Source: Sedimentisphaera cyanobacteriorum
Lineage (GTDB): Bacteria; Planctomycetota; Phycisphaerae; Sedimentisphaerales; Sedimentisphaeraceae
Length of the DNA stretch: 32,000 nt
Assembly: GCF_001997385.1 (NCBI RefSeq)
Contig: NZ_CP019633.1
Span: forward strand, 1,650,001 to 1,682,000
Direction of reading: 5' to 3'
How positions within the stretch are numbered: position 1 is the stretch's first letter; each line of letters starts with the position of its first letter. Position numbers and translations under genes: made by a program. The notes beneath the pieces were generated by a model that did no database searches, had not been told where the DNA came from, and saw only the letters and a list, made by a program, of their open reading frames with translations. Below are positions 1 through 8,444 of this stretch, in pieces.

Positions 1-1689
1 CTTCGGATTTACGAAGAGCGGCATTGCCAAACCGGCGTTGCCCTTGCCCTTGCCGACCGGAACAAAGGAGCAGATCGTAAGGAAACGGTCGTTCGGGTTT
101 AGTTTTATATCAAAATCTACCGGCTTATCTACCGGCGTTTGATTATTCACCTCAAATCGAAGCTTGCCGTCCACTATAACCTGCATATCGCATACAATCG
201 AAGAGAAGCTGGATTTGTCAGCCCATTTTTCAGGTTTCTCGAATATTTGATCATTAAAAATGCTGTCTGAAAGGCCGAATCTCGCAGTAAACCTGGATAT
301 ACGAGAATACGGCGCAATTTCTCTAATCTTTTTAAGGTCAAAGGTAACACCCTGCTCGGGGTGCAAATATATAGCGGAGGTCTGCGGGTATGTTTGCCTG
401 ACGCCTTTCAGAGTCATCACATGAGGCAAAACAGGGCCTACCCGCGGATGAAAGGCCCCGTTTATTACCCCTGTCCTGTACTTTACGTTAGTGTCGGGAA
501 GTCCGTTGGATTTATGACCCTTGCTGGACACCTTAACAGGCCCCTTGCCTCCGTCCGGCATAAAGACACCATCGATAAGGGGAAGGGAATCCACTGTCTG
601 ATAATCAGAGTACTCATGGAAAACTAATTCAAAGTCTTTTATATTATCCGAATATTTTCCTTTTATCGTCATTAATCCGCTTTTGTATTTGCCTGTTCCA
701 AGGCCGTTTCCCCCGCCTACCATATCCGCAAGGTCAAGGGTTTTCTGCCCTCTCCAAACAGCCTTGAATTGAGATTCTATAGAGCGTGCAAATTTGTCGG
801 TTTCCGAGTTTATCTCTACCGCATCGGAGTTTCCGCCTGAGATTCCGAGAGCTTTTCCCTTTGTCAGCTCTTTTTTAGTCTTTTTAAGCCAGGAATTACC
901 GCTTATAAAGGCTGCCTTGCCCTTTATCATGTGCGCTTCAGTCCAGCCTTTTTTGTCTTTATAAATTCCGAATTCAGTACCGAGGTCTATAAGGCGCATA
1001 TTATCGGAATGAACGGTAAATCCGATTCCCTGTTCGCCTACGTTTGCATAAATGCTGCCGAAATTCAGCTGTATATCGCTCTGCTTGGTAAGTTCAAACT
1101 CTGCAGGAGCCTCAATCGTTATATGGACATCGCTGGGCGTTTTAAGCTCAAGGAAGCCCTCGGAAAGTTCTACCTTTTTATTCGCCCAGATTATATCACC
1201 GCTTGAGAGAGCGGCTGATGAATCGGAAAATTCTGCGTTTAATGAATCCTCAACATAACCCGCCTTAATCGACTGATCAGTTCTTTGTGCAAATGTAAGA
1301 ATCAATGCAATCGCAATCATTGCAGCAACAGAAACCGCAAATGCTGCCACTGAAGACTTGCTGTAATGCCGCTTGGGGATATCGTAGTGCACATCTTCAA
1401 TAAGACATGGCTGCTTCTTCTCATGCCTGCATTTTCTAATTGCAGGCGCACGCTTTTCAGCTTCGATAATTTTCTTGGCAAGCTCATCGTCTATGTTTGG
1501 AACAGAAGAGATGTTTACTTCTTTGAGGGTCCCGTAAACATTTATATATTTTTTGTAGAGTGCTCTGGCCTCAGGACTTTTTCTTAATAGCTCCTGAACT
1601 GAATCGAATTCCTCTCTGCTCGCAGTTCCTTCCAGGAGCTTTAATACTTTAAGGCCGAACTGTTTTTTTTCATTCTTAGAATTAAACAT
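1..1689 (-). CDS. FecR-family anti-sigma factor; N-terminus complete, C-terminus beyond the window edge (563 codons visible)
   Basis: It is absent from the ORF track because it has no stop inside the window. My reverse-complement translation from the ATG at 1689-1687 (MFNSKNEKKQFGLKVLKLLEGTASREEFDSVQELLRKSPEARALYKKYINVYGTLKEV...) stays open down to base 1. It has one TM segment (SSVAAFAVSVAAMIAIALILTFA) and then a FecR-type domain (GSIYANVGEQGIGFTVHSDNMRLIDLGTEFGIY). The start directly abuts the sigma-factor stop (ATG-TAA-ATG). Confidence 0.75.
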   Translation of the reverse strand, partial: MFNSKNEKKQFGLKVLKLLEGTASREEFDSVQELLRKSPEARALYKKYINVYGTLKEVNISSVPNIDDELAKKIIEAEKRAPAIRKCRHEKKQPCLIEDVHYDIPKRHYSKSSVAAFAVSVAAMIAIALILTFAQRTDQSIKAGYVEDSLNAEFSDSSAALSSGDIIWANKKVELSEGFLELKTPSDVHITIEAPAEFELTKQSDIQLNFGSIYANVGEQGIGFTVHSDNMRLIDLGTEFGIYKDKKGWTEAHMIKGKAAFISGNSWLKKTKKELTKGKALGISGGNSDAVEINSETDKFARSIESQFKAVWRGQKTLDLADMVGGGNGLGTGKYKSGLMTIKGKYSDNIKDFELVFHEYSDYQTVDSLPLIDGVFMPDGGKGPVKVSSKGHKSNGLPDTNVKYRTGVINGAFHPRVGPVLPHVMTLKGVRQTYPQTSAIYLHPEQGVTFDLKKIREIAPYSRISRFTARFGLSDSIFNDQIFEKPEKWADKSSFSSIVCDMQVIVDGKLRFEVNNQTPVDKPVDFDIKLNPNDRFLTICSFVPVGKGKGNAGLAMPLFVNPK

Positions 1690-2202
1690 TTACATCTTCC
1701 TCTCGATACAGCTCAGCAAAACAAGATGTATATTGTTCAGTCTTCGGTAAATGGTATGTATGCTTTTGTCGTAAAAGGTTGCGATTTTCTTTACTGTCCA
1801 TCCCTTTTGATATCTCATTTCTATTATTTGGGCAAAGCCGTACTGGAGCTGGTCTATACATTCTTTAAGTATTCCGTTTATCCTTACTAATTCAGGGCTG
1901 TCCTGCTCTCCGCTAAGCAGCTCTAATATATCATCATCAAAAACCATTTTCGATTCCCTGCTCTTCCTTATAAACTGAAGGGCCTTGTATTTTGCTGTTA
2001 CGCATGCCCATGCAGTGAAGCTGGAATCTCTTTCGAATTTGTCAAATTTCTCCCAGAGCGAGGTTACCGTATCCTGATAAATATCCTCAGCATCAGAATA
2101 GTTTGGTACAATCGAAAGTATGTACCTGAAAACCAGCCTCTGGTTTTGGGTAACCAGATTCAGGAATAATTTCGTATCGGAATCTTCTGATTTTCGTTTC
2201 AT
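1690..2202 (-). CDS. ECF-type RNA polymerase sigma-70 family factor
   Basis: 170 aa. It has a region-2-like segment (RYILSIVPNYSDAEDIYQDTVTSLWEKFDKF...FTAWACVTAKYKALQFIRK) and a region-4 HTH (MRYQKGWTVKKIATFYDKSIHTIYRRL). An anti-sigma gene lies immediately downstream. Confidence 0.9.
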   Translation of the reverse strand: MKRKSEDSDTKLFLNLVTQNQRLVFRYILSIVPNYSDAEDIYQDTVTSLWEKFDKFERDSSFTAWACVTAKYKALQFIRKSRESKMVFDDDILELLSGEQDSPELVRINGILKECIDQLQYGFAQIIEMRYQKGWTVKKIATFYDKSIHTIYRRLNNIHLVLLSCIERKM

Positions 2203-2430
2203 ATTTCTATCCCCTGAATATCATTTCAACTGTTTATCCGCTTAAGCCCTGTTTTTTTGCAAAATAACAAAATTTTTATTTTGACTGTTTATTACAGCTC
2301 CGCCTAAAACTATAATGGCTGGGCAGACACAAAAAAACATAGAAAAATTCAAAGCTGTATATATAATGCAAAACTTAAGGTTTTATCCGGATTATTATAA
2401 AGAATAACAAATAAACAAGAAGGCGAATAT

Positions 2431-3039
2431 ATGAACGAAACAATCAGAGACAGAATGCTCTACGGGGCATCAGCTTACAGCCCTCCTTATCAGCGTACTC
2501 GGGAAATGACTCTCGACGAGATGCTTCTGGATAACCGAATTCTGTTTATGATAGGCGAAATCAATTACAGGATGTCCACAGAAGTGATTATGAAGCTTCT
2601 GCACCTTGAGAATAATAAGCCCGGGGCGGAGATAAGCATGTATATAAATTCTCCCGGAGGCAGCGTGGATGATACGATGGCAATCTACGATACAATGCGA
2701 TTTATCAGCTCGCCTGTTTCAACATACTGCATCGGAAGGGCTCAGTCCGGAGGGGCTATAATACTTGCCTCCGGAGCGGAAGGTAAACGCTTCGCACTGC
2801 CTCACGCAAAAGTGATGATCCATCAGCCTTGGGGCGGCGTAACAGGCCAGGCAGAAGACGTGCATATTCAGGCCGAAGAGATTATTAGAAGCAAAAATAT
2901 AATCAACGGAATCCTCGCTAAGCATACGAATAAAACCGTTGAGCAGCTTCAGGAAGACACCGAAAGAGATAAGTATATGACGGCAGAAGAAGCGAAGAAA
3001 TACGGCATTATCGACGACGTTCTTGAAACGCCGGAATGA
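2431..3039 (+). CDS. clpP: ATP-dependent Clp protease proteolytic subunit, divergent paralog with N-terminal extension
   Basis: 202 aa. ClpP motifs are present: YINSPGGSV, catalytic Ser context GRAQSGG, His in MIHQP, Asp in ERDKYMTAEEAKKYGIIDDV. Confidence 0.9.
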   Translation: MNETIRDRMLYGASAYSPPYQRTREMTLDEMLLDNRILFMIGEINYRMSTEVIMKLLHLENNKPGAEISMYINSPGGSVDDTMAIYDTMRFISSPVSTYCIGRAQSGGAIILASGAEGKRFALPHAKVMIHQPWGGVTGQAEDVHIQAEEIIRSKNIINGILAKHTNKTVEQLQEDTERDKYMTAEEAKKYGIIDDVLETPE

Positions 3040-3087
3040 TAGTCAGTTATCTTGATTAGATTGCAAATAACTTTATAAGGAAAAATA

Positions 3088-3693
3088 ATGGTATCGAATC
3101 AGTTAATACCGATGGTAATAGAAAAGGAAGGACGCGGAGAAAGAGCTTACGACATCTATTCGCGTCTTTTGAAAGACCGTATCGTTTTTCTCGGCGGCGG
3201 AGTTGACGACAACATAGCAAATTTGGTGATAGCTCAGCTGCTCTTTTTAAGCAATGAAGACAGCGAGGCAGATATCCATTTCTACATAAACTCTCCCGGC
3301 GGTTCAGTAAGCGCGGGGCTGGCTGTTTATGATACAATGCGCTTTCTCCGGTGCGACGTTGCAACATACTGCATCGGGCAGGCAGCCAGTATGGGGGCGG
3401 TTCTCTTCGCCGGCGGAACAGAAGGCAAGAGATGTATGCTGCCAAACAGCAGGATACTGCTGCATCAGCCTCTGATATCCGGCGTAATGCAGGGGCCAGC
3501 AACCGACCTTGAGATTGAGGCGAAGGAGATTATCCGTCTTCGCAAGAGACTATACAGCATCCTCTCATTCCACACAGGAAAAAGCGAGGAGCAGGTTGTA
3601 AAAGACTGCGACAGAAACCTTTGGCTTGAAGCTCAGGAATCAATAGATTACGGGCTTGCTGATAAGATCCTCGAAAAAGAGCCTGCAAAATAA
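3088..3693 (+). CDS. clpP: ATP-dependent Clp protease proteolytic subunit, canonical paralog
   Basis: 201 aa. It shows [38 protein letters not shown], catalytic Ser in [13 protein letters not shown], and [20 protein letters not shown]. Confidence 0.93.
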   Translation: MVSNQLIPMVIEKEGRGERAYDIYSRLLKDRIVFLGGGVDDNIANLVIAQLLFLSNEDSEADIHFYINSPGGSVSAGLAVYDTMRFLRCDVATYCIGQAASMGAVLFAGGTEGKRCMLPNSRILLHQPLISGVMQGPATDLEIEAKEIIRLRKRLYSILSFHTGKSEEQVVKDCDRNLWLEAQESIDYGLADKILEKEPAK

Positions 3694-3720
3694 TGCAGGT
3701 TGAGTTTGACATTAAAAAGT

Positions 3721-3756
3721 AATCTGCTTGAATTACTGCAGATTGCTTTTCTTTTT
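3721..3756 (+). terminator. Weak intrinsic terminator candidate after the second clpP
   Basis: Stem aatctgc (3721-3727) / gcagatt (3738-3744), 10-nt loop, then the T-rich gcttttcttttt. Confidence 0.35.
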
Positions 3757-3785
3757 GGTAATTAGCTGTATTTAAGGAACTGCTT

Positions 3786-4628
3786 ATGGCACACAAAATT
3801 GTTGACAAAGAAAAATTAAGTGAAAATGTTTACAGAATGGAAATTGAAGCGAAATACGTTGCCGAGGCAAGAGAGCCCGGGCAGTTCGTATTAATCGCTT
3901 ACGATAACGACAGGAGCGAGAGGATCCCGCTTACGATTGCTGATGTTGATCTTGATAAGGGAACGATAACAGTTATATTCCAGGCAGTAGGCAAATCAAC
4001 TCTCGAATTTGCCTCGCTGAACATTGGAGACAGCTTTGATGCTGTAGCCGGACCTCTTGGAAACCCGACAGATATTGAAAAATACGGCAGGGTTGTCTGC
4101 GTAGGCGGCGGGATCGGCAATGCCCCGCTTTACCCAATCGCTAAGGCTTTGAAGCAGGCTGGCAACGAGGTTATCTCCATTCTCGGTGCAAGAACAAAGG
4201 AGCTTCTCATCCTCGAAGAGCAGTTCAAAGAGATTAGCGATAAAACTATCGCCGTAACAGACGACGGCTCCTACGGAAGAAAGGCTCTGGTAACCGAGCC
4301 CCTCGAAGAGCTGTGCTCAGGCGGAGATGTTGATCTCTGCTGTGCTATTGGACCTGCAGTAATGATGAAATTCTGCTGCCAGACGACAAAAAAATATAAC
4401 ATCCCGACGATAGTATCTCTCAACAGCATAATGGTTGACGGAACAGGGATGTGCGGAGGCTGCAGAGTAGAAGTTGGCGGGGAAACGAAATTCACCTGCG
4501 TTGACGGGCCGGAATTCGACGGACACAAGGTTGATTTCGACCAGCTGATCAAAAGACTCGGTTCGTACAAGAAATATGAGCAGCAGGCCGTTGCTGAGCA
4601 TAACTGCAAACTGGAGGGCAAACTGTAA
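3786..4628 (+). CDS. nfnA: NfnA/SudB-type FAD/NAD-binding small subunit with C-terminal 2Fe-2S Cys motif (ferredoxin-NADP+ oxidoreductase / sulfide dehydrogenase-like)
   Basis: 280 aa. Family-typical strings are ERIPLTIADVDLDKGTITVIFQAVGKST, GGGIGNAPLYPIAKALKQAGNEV and SLNSIMVDGTGMCGGCRVEVGGETKFTCVDGPEFDGHKVDFDQL. The stop overlaps the next start (TAATG). Confidence 0.85.
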   Translation: MAHKIVDKEKLSENVYRMEIEAKYVAEAREPGQFVLIAYDNDRSERIPLTIADVDLDKGTITVIFQAVGKSTLEFASLNIGDSFDAVAGPLGNPTDIEKYGRVVCVGGGIGNAPLYPIAKALKQAGNEVISILGARTKELLILEEQFKEISDKTIAVTDDGSYGRKALVTEPLEELCSGGDVDLCCAIGPAVMMKFCCQTTKKYNIPTIVSLNSIMVDGTGMCGGCRVEVGGETKFTCVDGPEFDGHKVDFDQLIKRLGSYKKYEQQAVAEHNCKLEGKL

Positions 4629-6103
4629 TGAAAAGCAATATGGAACTTCTCAAAGAGCTGATGGAGAAAGAGGCTGCCGGCGAGCTTACAAATAAAGAAC
4701 GTATGAAGATTCCCCAGCAGCCGATGCCCGAACAGGATCCCGATGAAAGGCGAAGCAACATAAACGAAGTTGCCCAAGGATACACCGAGCAGCAGGCGAG
4801 AATTGAAGCGATGCGATGCCTAGACTGCAAAAACGCCCCCTGCATTGACGGCTGCCCTGTGCGGATTGATATACGAAGCTTCGTAAAGCAGATAGCAAAC
4901 GGGAAATTCACCGAGGCCCTTGACACAATAAAGCAAACTTCGCTTCTGCCTGCGGTTTGCGGAAGGGTATGCCCGCAGGAAACGCAGTGTCAGGAAACCT
5001 GCACTCTGGGCAAGGTGATGAAAGATCCGATGAAGTCTGTCTCTATCGGCAGACTGGAAAGATACGTGGCAGACCGCTGCGCAAGTGATTCCGAATCACC
5101 CAAGGTTGCTCCGGATACCGGAAAAAAGGTAGCTATTGTAGGCTCTGGGCCGGGCGGGCTCGTTGCCGCTGCGGACTGCAGAAGAGCTGGCCATAAGGTT
5201 GCTGTATTCGAGGCATTCCACAAGCCCGGAGGCGTACTTATGTACGGTATTCCGGAATTCAGGCTGCCCAAGGAGCTTGTAGCAAAAGAGATCGAAACGC
5301 TCCAGCAGATGGATGTTGAGATAATCTGCAATTTCATTATCGGCAAAACTCGCTCAATCAGCCAGCTTATGAATGAAGACGGCTACGATGCAATGTTTCT
5401 CGCTGTGGGGGCGGGTCTGCCCAGATTTATGAATATACCGGGCGAGAATCTCATAGGCGTTTACAGCGCTAATGAATACCTCACACGAGCCAACCTTATG
5501 AACGCCTACAAATTCGGCAGTGAATCTGATACGCCGATAATCAGGGGCGGAAAGGTTGCCGTTATTGGCGGGGGCAATGTAGCGATGGATGCTGCAAGAA
5601 CCGCCCTTAGGCTCGGCGCTGAAAGCGTGAAGCTTGTTTACAGACGTACAGAGCAGGAAATGCCGGCAAGGATTGAAGAAATTCACCACGCAAAAGAAGA
5701 AGGCGTTGAAGTGAATATCCTCAAGAGCCCGATTGAATACAAAGGCGATGATGAAGGCTGGGTGAAGTCTATGGTGTGTCAGAGCTTTGAGCTCGGCGAA
5801 CCGGACGATTCCGGCAGAAGAAGACCTGTTCCGATAGAAGGCTCGGAAGAGGAATTCGAGATTGACACTGTAATCGTGGCTATTGGAAACAAGGCCAACC
5901 CCCTGCTCAGAAGAGCCACCCCTGAGCTTGAATACAACAAATGGGGAAATATAAACATTGGCGATAATTGCGAAACGAACCTCCCGGGAGTTTATGCGGG
6001 AGGAGACGCCGCACTCGGCGCGGCTACTGTAATACTTGCAATGGGGCACGGAAGAACGGCAGCAAAAGAAATTAACGATTACCTCTCAAACGAAAAAATC
6101 TGA
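4628..6103 (+). CDS. nfnB: NfnB/SudA-type subunit (GltD-like NADPH-dependent glutamate-synthase beta-chain homolog with Fe-S Cys motifs and two Rossmann folds)
   Basis: 491 aa. It has RCLDCKNAPCIDGCPVRIDI and CGRVCPQETQCQETC cluster motifs, dinucleotide folds VAIVGSGPGGLVAA and VAVIGGGNVAMDAAR, and a C-terminal GVYAGGD. Confidence 0.85.
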   Translation: MKSNMELLKELMEKEAAGELTNKERMKIPQQPMPEQDPDERRSNINEVAQGYTEQQARIEAMRCLDCKNAPCIDGCPVRIDIRSFVKQIANGKFTEALDTIKQTSLLPAVCGRVCPQETQCQETCTLGKVMKDPMKSVSIGRLERYVADRCASDSESPKVAPDTGKKVAIVGSGPGGLVAAADCRRAGHKVAVFEAFHKPGGVLMYGIPEFRLPKELVAKEIETLQQMDVEIICNFIIGKTRSISQLMNEDGYDAMFLAVGAGLPRFMNIPGENLIGVYSANEYLTRANLMNAYKFGSESDTPIIRGGKVAVIGGGNVAMDAARTALRLGAESVKLVYRRTEQEMPARIEEIHHAKEEGVEVNILKSPIEYKGDDEGWVKSMVCQSFELGEPDDSGRRRPVPIEGSEEEFEIDTVIVAIGNKANPLLRRATPELEYNKWGNINIGDNCETNLPGVYAGGDAALGAATVILAMGHGRTAAKEINDYLSNEKI

Positions 6104-6131
6104 TTTACAAAATTCAATTTACAACACAAGC

Positions 6132-6163
6132 AAACTGCCTCTGATTTGCAGGGGCAGTTTTTT
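6132..6163 (+). terminator. Intrinsic terminator after nfnB
   Basis: 12-bp stem aaactgcctctg / caggggcagttt with one G-U pair, 5-nt loop, then a run of six T. Confidence 0.7.
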
Positions 6164-6378
6164 AATTATTAATAAAAACCTCGCATACATCTCTTTTATG
6201 CAGCTGATTAACCCGAGCAATAAAAACATTAAAGACAGGATAATATTTAACACTCTGTCAATTCCTATACTAATGCCCGTCTGACATAAGGCTTGCCAAA
6301 CTGTCATATTGACACCTTGAAAAGGTTATATAACCGTTCCGGCCTCTGTTTCACTGCCTGACACACGCAAAATGCTTG

Positions 6379-6394
6379 TGGCACGGGGATTGCT
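6379..6394 (+). promoter_or_regulatory. Sigma-54 (-24/-12) type promoter candidate upstream of dnaK
   Basis: TGGCACGGGGATTGCT matches the TGGCACG-N4-TTGCW consensus at every specified position. It ends 57 nt before the dnaK ATG. The overlapping TGcTATATT could instead be an extended -10 sigma-70 element. Confidence 0.4.
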
Positions 6395-6450
6395 ATATTG
6401 CCCAGTGAACGATTTTTTGAAATTTAAACTTTGAATATAGGAGTTTTAAA

Positions 6451-8382
6451 ATGGGCAAAGTTATAGGAATAGATCTTGGTACAACCAATTCGGTTGTGGC
6501 TCTTATGGAAGGGTCTAACCCGAAGGTTCTTGTAAACTCTTCAGGTTCAAGACTTACCCCGTCAGTTGTCGGGTTTACAGATAAGGGTGAAAGGCTTGTA
6601 GGCCAGACAGCAAGACACCAGCAGGTTACAAACCCCGAAAATACCGTATTCTCGGTAAAGCGTTTCATGGGACGCAAACACGGCGAAGTGAGCTCTGAAG
6701 AGAAAACCGTACCCTACAAGGTAAGCGGGGGAACAGATGAGCTTGTGAAGATACATGCGGGCGGGGAGGATTACACCCCTCCGGAGATATCCGCTATGAT
6801 TCTTCAAGACCTGAGGAAAACAGCAGAAGACTACCTTGGGGAGACAGTAGATCAGGCAGTGATCACTGTGCCTGCATACTTTAACGATTCTCAGAGGCAG
6901 GCAACTAAAGATGCCGGCAAGATTGCAGGGCTCAAAGTTGAAAGAATTATCAACGAGCCTACCGCAGCTGCCCTGGCATACGGGCTCGAGAAAAAGAAAG
7001 ACGAAAAGATAGCAGTTTTCGACTTCGGCGGCGGTACATTCGACATATCAATCCTTGATATCGGCGAGAACGTTGTAGAAGTTCTCAGCACAAACGGCGA
7101 CGGGCACCTCGGCGGCGACGACCTCGATGAAGTTCTTATGAATCACCTTGCAGACGAATTCCGCAAGGAAAACGGCATAGACTTGAGAGAAGACCCAATG
7201 GCTCATCAGAGGCTCAAGGAAGCCGCTGAAAAGGCCAAATGCGAACTCTCAACCCAGCTTGAGGCAAACATCAACCTGCCGTTTATCACAGCAGATTCTT
7301 CAGGACCAAAACACCTTCAGATGAATGTTTCAAGAAGCAAATTCGAGGCTCTTGCAGAAGATGTATTTGAAAAGCTCAAAGGCCCCTGCAAACAGGCATT
7401 AAAAGATGCCGGTCTTGAATCTAAAGATATTGCTGAGGTTCTTCTTGTAGGCGGTTCTACAAGGGTTCCGAAGGTGCAGGAAATCACCAAGTCCATATTC
7501 GGCAAAGACCCGAACAAGAGCATCAACCCTGATGAGGTAGTATCTCTCGGCGCTGCTGTGCAGGGAGCAATTCTCTCAGGCGATGAAGGCGTTAAGGATA
7601 TTCTGCTTCTGGATGTTACCCCGCTTTCTCTGGGTATTGAAACACTCGGCGGAGTAATGACCAAGCTTATAGAAAAAAATACTACAATCCCGACCAGCAA
7701 GAAGGAAGTATTCTCAACAGCAGCAGACAATCAAACTGCCGTGGATGTTCATGTTCTTCAGGGTGAGCGTGAATTCGCCAAGGACAACAGAACGCTTGGA
7801 AGATTCCAGCTCAGCGATATTCCGCCAGCCCCGAGAGGTGTGCCGCAGATTGAGGTGTCTTTCGATATAGACGCAAACGGAATTCTTCACGTAAGCGCAA
7901 AAGACACTGCCACCGGGAAAGAGCAGTCTATCGAAATTAAGAGCAGCTCCGGGCTTACCGAAGAAGAAGTTGAAAAGATGAAGAAAGATGCCGAGGAGCA
8001 CGCTGAAGAAGACAAGAAACGCAAAGAGCTTATTGAGGTTAGGAATCAGGCAGACCAGCTTGTTTACTCAACTGAGAAAACGCTCAAGGAACACGGCGAT
8101 AAAGTTTCCGCAGAGGCAAAGAGCAATATAGAAAACGCTCTTAACAACCTCAAGGAAGCTCAGAAAGGTGAGGATAAAGACGCTATACAGAAAGCTATCG
8201 AAAAGCTCAGCGAAGCCTCGCAGGAGCTTGGAAAAGTACTTTATGAAGAAGCGGCTCAAAATCAGCAGGCTGAAGGCGGACAGCAGCAGGCCGGCGAGCA
8301 GACAGAACAACAGGGAACCGATGATTCAAAGAAGAAAAAAGACGATGACGTAATAGATGCTGAATTTGAGAGCAGCGAATAA
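6451..8382 (+). CDS. dnaK: Molecular chaperone DnaK (Hsp70)
   Basis: 643 aa. Hsp70 signatures are present: [36 protein letters not shown] and a C-terminal DVIDAEFE. The SD is taggag. Confidence 0.97.
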   Translation: MGKVIGIDLGTTNSVVALMEGSNPKVLVNSSGSRLTPSVVGFTDKGERLVGQTARHQQVTNPENTVFSVKRFMGRKHGEVSSEEKTVPYKVSGGTDELVKIHAGGEDYTPPEISAMILQDLRKTAEDYLGETVDQAVITVPAYFNDSQRQATKDAGKIAGLKVERIINEPTAAALAYGLEKKKDEKIAVFDFGGGTFDISILDIGENVVEVLSTNGDGHLGGDDLDEVLMNHLADEFRKENGIDLREDPMAHQRLKEAAEKAKCELSTQLEANINLPFITADSSGPKHLQMNVSRSKFEALAEDVFEKLKGPCKQALKDAGLESKDIAEVLLVGGSTRVPKVQEITKSIFGKDPNKSINPDEVVSLGAAVQGAILSGDEGVKDILLLDVTPLSLGIETLGGVMTKLIEKNTTIPTSKKEVFSTAADNQTAVDVHVLQGEREFAKDNRTLGRFQLSDIPPAPRGVPQIEVSFDIDANGILHVSAKDTATGKEQSIEIKSSSGLTEEEVEKMKKDAEEHAEEDKKRKELIEVRNQADQLVYSTEKTLKEHGDKVSAEAKSNIENALNNLKEAQKGEDKDAIQKAIEKLSEASQELGKVLYEEAAQNQQAEGGQQQAGEQTEQQGTDDSKKKKDDDVIDAEFESSE

Positions 8383-8411
8383 AAGCTTTCAGTATTGAGA
8401 CAATTTCTTTG

Positions 8412-8444
8412 GGGCTGTTTCTATTTGAGAAGCAGCCCTTTTTT
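8412..8444 (+). terminator. Intrinsic terminator after dnaK
   Basis: 10-bp stem gggctgtttc / gaagcagccc with one G-U pair, 7-nt loop, then TTTTTT. The T-run overlaps the stop codon of the convergent gene. Confidence 0.7.

Noticed and set aside
361-1587. Four plus-strand ORFs of 68-91 aa at the left end (361-627, 931-1206, 1052-1258, 1366-1587)
   Set aside because: They are antisense to the open-ended FecR-type anti-sigma ORF, which has clear domain signatures. None has motifs or an RBS.
6104-6450. Search for a CIRCE (HrcA) operator or a sigma-32 promoter upstream of dnaK
   Set aside because: There is no TTAGCACTC-N9-GAGTGCTAA-like inverted repeat. CTTGAAA is present at 6317-6323 but no CCCCAT-like -10 follows at the required spacing. 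A TTGACA at 6309-6314 has no usable -10 at 16-18 nt.
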